Origin: an uncultured Dehalococcoidales bacterium
GTDB lineage: Bacteria > Chloroflexota > Dehalococcoidia > Dehalococcoidales > UBA2162
DNA length: 59,750 nt
Direction of reading: 5' to 3'
NCBI GenBank assembly: GCA_964396535.1
Contig: CAYNFT010000001.1
Location: 1 to 59,750, forward strand
In this document: piece by piece, positions 49,151 through 57,012 of the stretch
How the letters are laid out: every line of letters begins with the position of its first letter
Position numbering within the stretch: position 1 is the first letter of the stretch
Made by a program: the position numbers and the translations under genes
The notes under the pieces: generated by a model
Database searches by the model: none
What the model saw: only the letters and a program-made list of their open reading frames with translations
What the model was told of the DNA's origin: nothing

Positions 49151-50431
49151 TTAAGGTCTTACCTGCCCGCTGCCAAAGATAATCCATTTATAGGTGGTCA
49201 GTTCCTTTAATCCTATTGGACCGCGGGCATGCATCTTCTGGGTGCTGATAGCTACCTCTGCTCCCAGGCCGAATTGACCTCCATCGGTGAAGCGGGTGCT
49301 GGCATTAACATAGACACAGGCAGCATCCACTTCATTGAGGAAGCGCATAGCGGCACCATAATCCTCAGTAACAATGGCTTCGTCTGCCCCCGAACCATAG
49401 CGCTCAATGTGCTCCAGAGCCTCGTCCAGAGAATCCACCACCCTGACCGCCGCCACCAGTGCCAGAAACTCCTTGCCCCAATCCTCCTCTGTAGACGCTA
49501 CTAGCCTTAAAGAAGAGTCTGCTTTAAGAATGGACAGGGCTCGTTCATCGCAGCGCATCTCTACTCCAGCCTTTGCCCACTCAGTCGCTACCAGCGGCAG
49601 GTAGCTCTGGGCGATATCGGCGTGAACCAGCAGGGTATCCAGGGCGTTGCACACTGAAGGTCGCTGCACCTTGGCATTGAAGGCTATAGCCACTGCCTTG
49701 GCCAAATCGGCGCTCTTGTCAACATAGGTATGGCAAACGCCAATGCCACCGCTGATGACCGCCATAGCAGCATTCTCGTTAACAAAATTTATTAGCTCGG
49801 CCCCGCCCCGGGGGACAATCAGGTCGATATTGTCGTTCATCTTGAGCAGGTGATTGATGAGTGCTCGGTCGGTATTCTCAACAAACTGCACCACCCCCTC
49901 GGGCATCCCGGCTCTGGTAGCCGCTTCCTGGACTACACCGGCTAAAGCGCCGTTGGAGTGAACCGCCTCCTTACCACCCCTGAGGATAATGGCATTGCCT
50001 GATTTCAGGCAGAGCACCGAGATGTCTATAGTAACGTTGGGTCGGCTCTCATAGATAGTAGCGATTACCCCGAAAGGAACCCGCTTTCTACCTATCAGCA
50101 AGCCATTGGGCAGGGTGCGCATATCAAACACCTCGCCCACAGGGTCAGGGAGTGCTGCCACTGCCAGCACATCATGGGCTATACCCTCAAGGCGGCTGGG
50201 AGAGAGTGTCAATCGTTCAAGCATAGCCTCGTTCATCCCTGATGCCTTAGCTTCGCTGCAATCAATTTCATTGGTAGCCAGTATTTTATCCTTCCTGGCT
50301 AACAGGTCATCAGAGATATTAGCTAAAGCCTTGTTCTTTATCTCGGTAGAGAGATAGGCCAGCCGACGAGAAGCCGCCTTGGCTGCCTTTCCCTTTGCCT
50401 GTAGTTCTTCAATTGCTGATGTCATATTCAT
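49151..50431 (-). CDS. proA: glutamate-5-semialdehyde dehydrogenase (gamma-glutamyl phosphate reductase)
   Basis: 426 aa. ESRPNVT, VCNALDTLLVH catalytic Cys, ASTRFTDG. Confidence 0.95.
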   Translation of the reverse strand: MNMTSAIEELQAKGKAAKAASRRLAYLSTEIKNKALANISDDLLARKDKILATNEIDCSEAKASGMNEAMLERLTLSPSRLEGIAHDVLAVAALPDPVGEVFDMRTLPNGLLIGRKRVPFGVIATIYESRPNVTIDISVLCLKSGNAIILRGGKEAVHSNGALAGVVQEAATRAGMPEGVVQFVENTDRALINHLLKMNDNIDLIVPRGGAELINFVNENAAMAVISGGIGVCHTYVDKSADLAKAVAIAFNAKVQRPSVCNALDTLLVHADIAQSYLPLVATEWAKAGVEMRCDERALSILKADSSLRLVASTEEDWGKEFLALVAAVRVVDSLDEALEHIERYGSGADEAIVTEDYGAAMRFLNEVDAACVYVNASTRFTDGGQFGLGAEVAISTQKMHARGPIGLKELTTYKWIIFGSGQVRP

Positions 50432-50457
50432 ACTCCTGATTATGCATTATATACTGT

Positions 50458-50554
50458 AACCCCACCCCCTGTATCCCCTTCCCTTTGATAAGGGGAAGGG
50501 GAAGAATTTTTCTTAAGAGGGGCGAAGCCCCTCTTTGACTCTCCTATTTTATAT
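50458..50554. repeat. two-hairpin repeat copy (F)
   Basis: aaccccaccccctgtatccccttcccttt/gat/aaggggaagggg, then agaggggc/gaa/gcccctct, then ttgactctcc. Confidence 0.9.
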
Positions 50555-50566
50555 ATCTCTTCTTCT

Positions 50567-51565
50567 TTATCTATTCAAGCATCCTTTCGTATCTCTGGGC
50601 AAGCCCTCTGTTTCAAACTGGATACCGGGGAAGGAGTCCCTGAGCCTTTTTGAAGTAACCTCTATAGCATCATAGTTAATATCTATCCCTATCCAGCGTC
50701 GATTCAGCTTATGGGCGGCAACAAGGGCGGTGCCGCAGCCACAGAAGGGGTCAAGCACAATATCCCCTTCGTTGGAACTGGCTTTAACAATGCGCTCAAG
50801 CAAAGTGAGAGGCTTCTGGGTGGGATAGCCAAGGCGCTCCTTGTAGGGACCGTGAAGCGGGTCAATATCAGCCCACCAATCTTCTGGAACCTTGCCTTCA
50901 TATTTGAGGTAGTATTTCTTACCATATTTCAGCCAGTACCTGTTACCCTTATCGTCGGTGAAATATGTCCTGTTTGTTCTATCTACCAGAATATCCTCAT
51001 AGTTAAAAATCCACCTGTTACTTTTCGTATAGAAAAAGATGGTGTCGTGCTTCCGGGCAAAGTATTTTTTTGACCTCCCACCACCCTTATAGGACCAGGC
51101 AATCTCGTTGCGGAAGTTCTTGGCTCCGAATATGCGGTCAAGAACAAGTTTTAAATAATGGCTGGTAGAGGGGTCACAATGAAGATACAGAGAGCCGGTA
51201 TCCTTGAGCGTACGGTGCATCTCAAGCAACCTTGGGGTCATCATGACTAAATACGCTGCTACAGGGGTAGTGCCAATGCCTTCTACCATTCCGCCAATAA
51301 GTTTCCCAACTTCCAACGGTGCCTTTAGCAGGATTTCCTGGAGAGTGTCCTCTGCCGTCCTGTCCCAGGTCCAGGTATCAGAGAAAGCTTTTACTCTTGC
51401 CCCGGGCCGCTTACCATTATTTTCTTTATAGAGAAGGTTATAATCCCGGTTACTGCCGAAAGGCGGGTCAAGGTATATCAGGCCAATGGAGCTATCAGGG
51501 ATATATTTACGCAAGATTTCCAGATTGTCGCCGAAATAGAGGACGTTAGTTTTTAGTTCTGCCAT
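50567..51565 (-). CDS. DNA (N6-adenine or N4-cytosine) methyltransferase, beta-class motif order
   Basis: LIYLDPPFGS (motif IV) precedes DPFCGCGTALVAA (motif I). ATG 51565 (MAELKTNVLYF) is preferred, with SD ggtgaggt supplied by the adjacent repeat tail. Confidence 0.85.
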   Translation of the reverse strand: MAELKTNVLYFGDNLEILRKYIPDSSIGLIYLDPPFGSNRDYNLLYKENNGKRPGARVKAFSDTWTWDRTAEDTLQEILLKAPLEVGKLIGGMVEGIGTTPVAAYLVMMTPRLLEMHRTLKDTGSLYLHCDPSTSHYLKLVLDRIFGAKNFRNEIAWSYKGGGRSKKYFARKHDTIFFYTKSNRWIFNYEDILVDRTNRTYFTDDKGNRYWLKYGKKYYLKYEGKVPEDWWADIDPLHGPYKERLGYPTQKPLTLLERIVKASSNEGDIVLDPFCGCGTALVAAHKLNRRWIGIDINYDAIEVTSKRLRDSFPGIQFETEGLPRDTKGCLNR

Positions 51566-51569
51566 CTCT

Positions 51570-51676
51570 ACCTCACCCACTTTATTTTATACAACCCCAT
51601 CCCCTATATCCCATTCCCCTTAGCAAGGGGAAGGGGAATTTCATGTGAGAGGGGCTTCGCCCCTCTCTGACTCCCT
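51570..51676. repeat. two-hairpin repeat copy (F, with tail)
   Basis: cctcacccactttattttatacaaccccatcccc, then ttcccctt/agc/aaggggaa, then agaggggc/ttc/gcccctct, then ctgactccc. Confidence 0.9.
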
Positions 51677-51733
51677 TTAACTTATATAGAATCTTTGGGA
51701 ACAGGAGTACGTTACCTTAATGTAACGCAAAAG

Positions 51734-52399
51734 TCACTCCTTGGGTATTTCTTTAAAAATGGCTAGGCCACTTTCTCTAAGCTTACTTAGACGGTCTTCA
51801 AGTGAATCGGATAAAAGGGCACAGTAATCCAAGCAATTAGCTGACTCAAATAGCAGACTGACTAGAACGGCAAATAAGATAGATATATTCCTTCGAAGTG
51901 CCTTTTCATTGAAAGGCTGAAAAACTCTCCAATCTCCTGACTCGAAATCAATCATATGAGACATAGATTCAGGTGCAAAAGAGATATGGGAAGCATGTTT
52001 GTTTAAATAATTGCGCAATTTCTTAGATTCCCCGTGAATAAGCTTGGCTATCTCTCCTGCTGATGGCAATCTCTCTTCCAGTGCTTCATCTACTCTTTGG
52101 GGATTATCATAAAAGTACCTCAGAAGCTCAATACATTCAATTAAAGGGCGTAAGAGAGCCCCGGCTTCTTGTGCAAGGCCATCCAATGTCAGGCTAAATA
52201 TACCTTGAGCAAGGCACCTACCTTTAAGCAAAGTAAGTCCGACCACTCTGGAGAAAGTCGAAGCCTTTCCAGGGGAATTGAACATACCAAGCATTTCATC
52301 TAGTAGTGAAAAAGTTTGATAAATAGTATTGGCTTCTATCTGTAATTCAGATTCAATAGCACTCATAGCGTTCGTTCTGGTGTTCCAAATTTCATGCAT
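51734..52399 (-). CDS. hypothetical all-alpha protein, paralogue of 31177-31938 (HEPN/Abi-like, tentative)
   Basis: 221 aa. SD gtgaggaa. Contains RNYLNKH (R-x5-H). AT-rich. Confidence 0.6.
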   Translation of the reverse strand: MHEIWNTRTNAMSAIESELQIEANTIYQTFSLLDEMLGMFNSPGKASTFSRVVGLTLLKGRCLAQGIFSLTLDGLAQEAGALLRPLIECIELLRYFYDNPQRVDEALEERLPSAGEIAKLIHGESKKLRNYLNKHASHISFAPESMSHMIDFESGDWRVFQPFNEKALRRNISILFAVLVSLLFESANCLDYCALLSDSLEDRLSKLRESGLAIFKEIPKE

Positions 52400-52545
52400 C
52401 GCAATTCCTCACTCTACCACACTCCTCTGAACCAGTTCATCTATTTCAGTCGTTATCATAACGGTCTCCTGAAAGACTATGAATATCTTCTTGTATTGCT
52501 GGATTTCATCGCTCTCTTACTTTTCCTCCTCACCACTAACAGGTG

Positions 52546-52626
52546 TTTAAGAGGAGCGAAACTCCTCTTTTATTTATACTTCCCCCTTCCCTTATCAAGG
52601 GAAGGGGGTCAGGGGGATAGGTTGCC
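52546..52626. repeat. two-hairpin repeat copy (R)
   Basis: agaggag/cgaaa/ctcctct, then cccccttccctt/atc/aagggaaggggg, then tcagggggataggttgcc. Abuts the proB stop codon. Confidence 0.9.
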
Positions 52627-53778
52627 TTAAAGCATAACTAGGTTGTTTCGGTGCACGACCTCGGAGCCGTAGTCATAGCCGAGCGTGGCGGCAATTTTAT
52701 TTGAGTGCACCCCTTTAATAGCCGCAATATCAACCGAGCTATAGTTGGTTATGCCGCAGCCGAGCCGGGTCCCCTCGGGGTCGTAGAGATTAACGATGTC
52801 GCCGCGCTGAAACTTACCCTCAATCTGCGTAATGCCGGCTGCCAGCAGGCTTCGTTTCTGCTTTTTTAAAGCCAGAGCTGCCCCGGAATCTACCACCAGC
52901 TTTCCCTTTGTGGAAAGCCCGCTCAGCATCCAGCGCTTGCGACTCTCCAGCTTGCTGACCATTGGCAGGAAGCGGGTACCGACTGTTTCACCTGCTGCCA
53001 GTCTCAAAATAATATCCGGTTCCCTGCCGTCGGCTATGATTACCGTTACCCCTGAAGCGGTAGCCAGTTTGGCAGCCTCTACCTTGGTAGCCATACCACC
53101 GGTGCCAAGAGTGCCCGGCGTATCTGTCACCAGACTTTCAATCTTTGAATCAATCCTGTCCACTTGCGGAATGAGACGTGCATCAGGATTGCGGTATGGG
53201 TCAGCAGTATATAGCCCGGCAATATCACTGAGAATTAACAGCAGGTCAGCATCAACCAGGTTAGCCACCATGGCGGAAAGATTATCGTTATCGCCAAATT
53301 TAGCTTCCTGAATCTCATCCACCGCTACCACATCGTTTTCATTAACGATACATACCACCCTTAGCTCAACTAAAGCGAGCAGTGTATTGCGGGCATTGAG
53401 ATAACCAGCCCGGTCAGCAAGGTCTGCCCTGGTCAGCAGTGCCTGAGCTACAGTAATATTATGTCGAGCAAAGAGCTGGTCGTAGACATTCATCAGTCGA
53501 CCTTGCCCCACTGAAGCCAGCACCTGCTTAAAAGGAATATCTCTACGCTCCCTGGCTAACCCCAGTTTATACCTGCCGGCAGCTATAGCTCCGGAAGAGA
53601 CGATGAGTAGCTCCAGACCCTGCTTGTGTAACTGTGCCACCTGGGCTACCAACCCTGACATTATTTCCTGGTTAAGGTGGTCACCACCGCCAGTAAGAAG
53701 GCTGGTGCCAAGCTTAACCACTAAGCGGTGATAGGGCAAAGTCTTTGAACTGGTTTTCTCACTTTTGTTCTTGGCCAT
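52627..53778 (-). CDS. proB: glutamate 5-kinase with PUA domain
   Basis: 383 aa. [28 protein letters not shown]-terminal PUA ([11 protein letters not shown]). Confidence 0.95.
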   Translation of the reverse strand: MAKNKSEKTSSKTLPYHRLVVKLGTSLLTGGGDHLNQEIMSGLVAQVAQLHKQGLELLIVSSGAIAAGRYKLGLARERRDIPFKQVLASVGQGRLMNVYDQLFARHNITVAQALLTRADLADRAGYLNARNTLLALVELRVVCIVNENDVVAVDEIQEAKFGDNDNLSAMVANLVDADLLLILSDIAGLYTADPYRNPDARLIPQVDRIDSKIESLVTDTPGTLGTGGMATKVEAAKLATASGVTVIIADGREPDIILRLAAGETVGTRFLPMVSKLESRKRWMLSGLSTKGKLVVDSGAALALKKQKRSLLAAGITQIEGKFQRGDIVNLYDPEGTRLGCGITNYSSVDIAAIKGVHSNKIAATLGYDYGSEVVHRNNLVML

Positions 53779-53929
53779 CTAAATTTTAACCAACTGAATT
53801 TGCCCTATTATAGCAAGCTGAAGCAGGCTGGACAAATATAGAGGTTGTTACGAAACTCTTGTACAGACGGAATCAAAGGTTCAACAATTCATAATTGCAC
53901 ATTCTGGCTGATTGTTAACTAAGGGAGAG

Positions 53930-53953
53930 TTCGAATCCACTCAGGTGGGCCGA
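53930..53953 (+). other. tRNA 3'-half-like scrap (possible old att remnant)
   Basis: TTCGAATCCACT-CAGGTGG-G-CCg looks like T-loop, 3' T-stem, 3' acceptor strand and discriminator. The 5' partner sequence does not pair. Confidence 0.25.
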
Positions 53954-54069
53954 TTAGGGGAATTGAGGTCCTGCACGTATTCCCGCACTACCTCCGGGTC
54001 AGTAAGTTCGATAGTTCGGTATCTTAGTGTCTCTTCTGCCTCCGCCTTGGCCTGCTGAAGTTGTTCCAT
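53941..54069 (-). pseudogene. 42-codon remnant resembling the coiled-coil tail of a serine recombinase
   Basis: MEQLQQAKAEAEETLRYRTIELTDPEVVREYVQDLNSPNRPT. Weak pattern-level similarity only. Confidence 0.2.
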
Positions 54070-54099
54070 CTCTTCACCAATATTTTTTTACTTCCAATG

Positions 54100-54395
54100 G
54101 ACTGTGCTAGTACCGTGTCCCAAGCGTCGGTATCACCGACCACGTAACATTTTCCAAGGTCTAGAGCTAAATCCTTGCGTGCTGCAAACACCAGACCCGG
54201 CTTGGGTTTTCTGCATGTGCAGTCATCCTCTTCTCTATGTGGTCAGCAGTATACTGCATCTATCCTGGCTCCGCCGTCTTCCACTTCATGCTGGATGGCG
54301 GCTACCCTTTCTTGGAAATATTGGTAGCCGAAGTCCCCCCTAGCGATATGGCTTTGATTTGTGATTATTATTGCAAGAAGGTAGCGCGGCATGGG
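54100..54395 (-). pseudogene. HAD-IIIA phosphatase (GmhB/histidinol-phosphatase-like) fragment lacking the N-terminal DxD motif
   Basis: YLLAIIITNQSHIARGDFGYQYF...IDAVYCCPHREEDDCTCRKPKPGLVF...CYVVGDTDAWD. Confidence 0.55.
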
Positions 54396-54522
54396 CGTGG
54401 TCGCAGGTCAGTCGTTGCTGGTTAGAGCCGTCGGCATCCATCACGTGTATCTCAAAGTCCCCGTCACGGTCAGACTCGAACGCAATCCTGCTGGGAGGAG
54501 CTACTTCCTCTTCTTCTTCCAC
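54340..54522 (-). pseudogene. single PD40/TolB-type beta-propeller blade fragment
   Basis: RIAFESDRDGDFEIHVMDADGSNQQRLT, after which the frame decays into the HAD fragment in another frame. Confidence 0.45.
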
Positions 54523-54632
54523 AGGCGGAAAGACTGAGTATTAGTACCGTGACAAGAGAGAGGAGTAAGCATTTCCTGAACATCTTTGCGGCATATCTGG
54601 ATTAATATAGAAATGCTCTGGTTCATGGCGCG

Positions 54633-56618
54633 TTATATGAGATGTATCTGGCGTGACCTTCGCGTGACGATGTACAGGACGAGCAAGCCCATAACCAGAA
54701 CTGTACCTACACTAAAGTCCAGTAGAAACCAGTTAAATCCTGGTTCCCCCGGTGTTACAGTCATCCTGGCTACGTTGAAGCGTCCGGTCAGACCAGCTAC
54801 CTTAACCTGATGACTGCCTACGGCCAGGTTAGATAGTTCAAAGGTTAATATTTCACTACTACCTGCGGCGAGGGTAACTTCTTCTATCGCCCGCACTATT
54901 CCATCGATTATCAGGTGCAATTCAAAACTTCCAGCAGTAGCACCCTCGTTAGTCATTGTAAGGTTAATGGTAACCGTCTCTCCTAGATAAGCTTTTTGAG
55001 GATTTATTATAAGATTACTTATCTCAAACTTTGCTGGCAATGGGGATGGGGGAGGTGCCACCTCAACGGCAACGACGAATAATGATGCATGGCTGATTAG
55101 CGCCTTTGCCTTGCCAATCTCGACCGGGGAGTCGGGGGGTGGTTGCAACCGTACCAGGTCCTGCTCATCGGTATAGTTTGCCACGAATGGCAGGAAGGTA
55201 TTCTCAGGTAAATCTTCCGGGTCATACCTGATAGCGAGCCTGGCGGGGGGATAAAAGTCTAAGCCAGTAGACTCCATATCAAGATTGTAAGCTGTAAGTT
55301 TATAAACGGGGCTGAGGACAATGATACCATCAGGAACAACTATCGATTCATCAGTTATGCTCAATTCAATCAGACTCAGTATTGCTCCACCGAAACCAGT
55401 AACTCTGGTTCCACTATCAATATCAATAATGAAATTTTTATTGCGGTCAGTTAACGTCAGCGCTTCAGTCAGAATTCCGTCGGCTCCGATTTCTACGCTG
55501 GATTCCTGGTCCAGCATATTTATTTCCAGTATATTAGTGGTAGTAGGACTTTCCTCCTCTTCTTCGGTAGGCGGAGGACCTTCTTCAACAGGTTCTGTAT
55601 ATGGCGGGGCAAGTATAGTGTATTTGCTGAAGTGGCTGACTTGTGCTGAGATAGTTTTATTCACTCTGTTAACAGTACAACCGTCGAGTGGAATCCACTC
55701 ACCGGCAGCTGTATCCCATAGCGCGATAACCAGAGTGCTTTCATCGGTTCCCTGAGGTATGTCAGCAGGGTTATAAGCTAGGGTAATGGTTATTGGTCGG
55801 TCAAAGGTAGCCCCGTCCGGACCTGCTTCATAGTTAAGACCGACTATGGTATTATCATCCGGCGGAGGTGGTGGCTCTCTGTCTTTCACCAAAATCCATA
55901 TTTCAGTAAGAGGCTGGTCTTCTTTGGTCTTGCCAACGGTTCCTTCACTAATAACAACCTGTCCTTTGCTGCCCACAGATTTAGTAGTGACCTTTTCAGT
56001 GAATATGCCTTCCCCGGTGACAACCCCTGAAACGTCAGTAATATTGCACTCCCGGAGCAGGTATTTTATGGTAAAAGCTATATCATCTCCCTGAATTTCG
56101 TTGCCCGCCTGAGCAGGCAGCTCCCATTCCAATCGCAGGTTGACAGTATTACCGACCTTAAGAGGTATTATCTCTATATATTCTCGCCCGGTAGCACTCT
56201 GCGGAAGGCTATTAATTATTGTCGGCAGATTTATATTGGTACTCAGGTCGTCTGCTATGAGATTAAGCAGCAAGTAGTCAGCAAACTCGCCCGGTTCTGT
56301 GGTGTCACCCGTCTCAGATTCAGGATTAACGCCTTCATTACTGACAATATCGCTTATCCAGATAGTAACGAAACCATCCTTGCTTCCGATATTATGCAGT
56401 TCAACTGTCCTGGAACCGTTATTTGCAGGCTGGATATTGGTTATATTCCAGGGCGTAGCTCCTTCACCACCCAGCTCAAGGTCCACCGGGTTGGTATCAG
56501 CCTTAGCTACGGATGGGAAAAAACCAAGCAGAGTTAGCCCTGTAATCATGGATATAGCTATTCTAACTGTATTCTTGAGAGATATCTTCACAGCGTTGTT
56601 CTTAACCGTTATTTCCAT
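54633..56618 (-). CDS. cell-surface protein: TasA/camelysin-like N-domain, central region, CARDB domain, C-terminal TM anchor
   Basis: 661 aa. Signal peptide ending AKA. WNITNIQPANNGSRTVELHNIGSKDGFVTIWISD. The GETVTINLTMTNEGATAGSFELHLIIDG module is CARDB-like. Hydrophobic tail. Confidence 0.75.
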   Translation of the reverse strand: MEITVKNNAVKISLKNTVRIAISMITGLTLLGFFPSVAKADTNPVDLELGGEGATPWNITNIQPANNGSRTVELHNIGSKDGFVTIWISDIVSNEGVNPESETGDTTEPGEFADYLLLNLIADDLSTNINLPTIINSLPQSATGREYIEIIPLKVGNTVNLRLEWELPAQAGNEIQGDDIAFTIKYLLRECNITDVSGVVTGEGIFTEKVTTKSVGSKGQVVISEGTVGKTKEDQPLTEIWILVKDREPPPPPDDNTIVGLNYEAGPDGATFDRPITITLAYNPADIPQGTDESTLVIALWDTAAGEWIPLDGCTVNRVNKTISAQVSHFSKYTILAPPYTEPVEEGPPPTEEEEESPTTTNILEINMLDQESSVEIGADGILTEALTLTDRNKNFIIDIDSGTRVTGFGGAILSLIELSITDESIVVPDGIIVLSPVYKLTAYNLDMESTGLDFYPPARLAIRYDPEDLPENTFLPFVANYTDEQDLVRLQPPPDSPVEIGKAKALISHASLFVVAVEVAPPPSPLPAKFEISNLIINPQKAYLGETVTINLTMTNEGATAGSFELHLIIDGIVRAIEEVTLAAGSSEILTFELSNLAVGSHQVKVAGLTGRFNVARMTVTPGEPGFNWFLLDFSVGTVLVMGLLVLYIVTRRSRQIHLI

Positions 56619-56992
56619 CTATCACGAAGTGCCTTCTGGACCTTCTCTTCTATTGTTTCCTCTAACGTTCCCTTAGCTACTACTTTAAGTGTCTTTTTTT
56701 GTTCCTGCTCCAGTCTTGATATTTCTCCCTGGTAGAAACGCTGGTATAGTTGTTTCTCCTGTCTCCATCCTGCCAGCCAGACCAGGGCTAACCCAATAGC
56801 AGCAACCGATGCCACGACCACAAGTCCTGCCTTTGTATACGTAGCTAAAATTATGACAAGGATAAGAATAGCGAACAAGAATACAGCAATATTCAAGTCC
56901 CACCTTGCATTTCTGGCCCTATCTCTTGCTATATGTGCAGCCGTTTGCTCTATTTCCGGGCTTATTTGCTGGGTAGCTTCATTTTCACTCAT
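56609..56992 (-). CDS. two-TM membrane protein with C-terminal coiled coil
   Basis: 127 aa. 10-nt overlap with the downstream surface-protein gene. Confidence 0.6.
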   Translation of the reverse strand: MSENEATQQISPEIEQTAAHIARDRARNARWDLNIAVFLFAILILVIILATYTKAGLVVVASVAAIGLALVWLAGWRQEKQLYQRFYQGEISRLEQEQKKTLKVVAKGTLEETIEEKVQKALRDRWK

Positions 56993-57012
56993 CAGTTAAC
57001 TCCCCTTTGCTT

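Noticed and set aside
47846-52399. Shared N-terminal IWNT (MEGIWNT versus MHEIWNT) between 47321-47857 and 51734-52399
   Set aside because: Only four residues match and the rest of the proteins do not align. This is treated as coincidence.
53921-53953. Intact tRNA gene at the TTCGAATCC motif
   Set aside because: The sequence 5' of the T-loop cannot form a T-stem, and no D-arm or anticodon arm can be drawn. At most it is a fragment.
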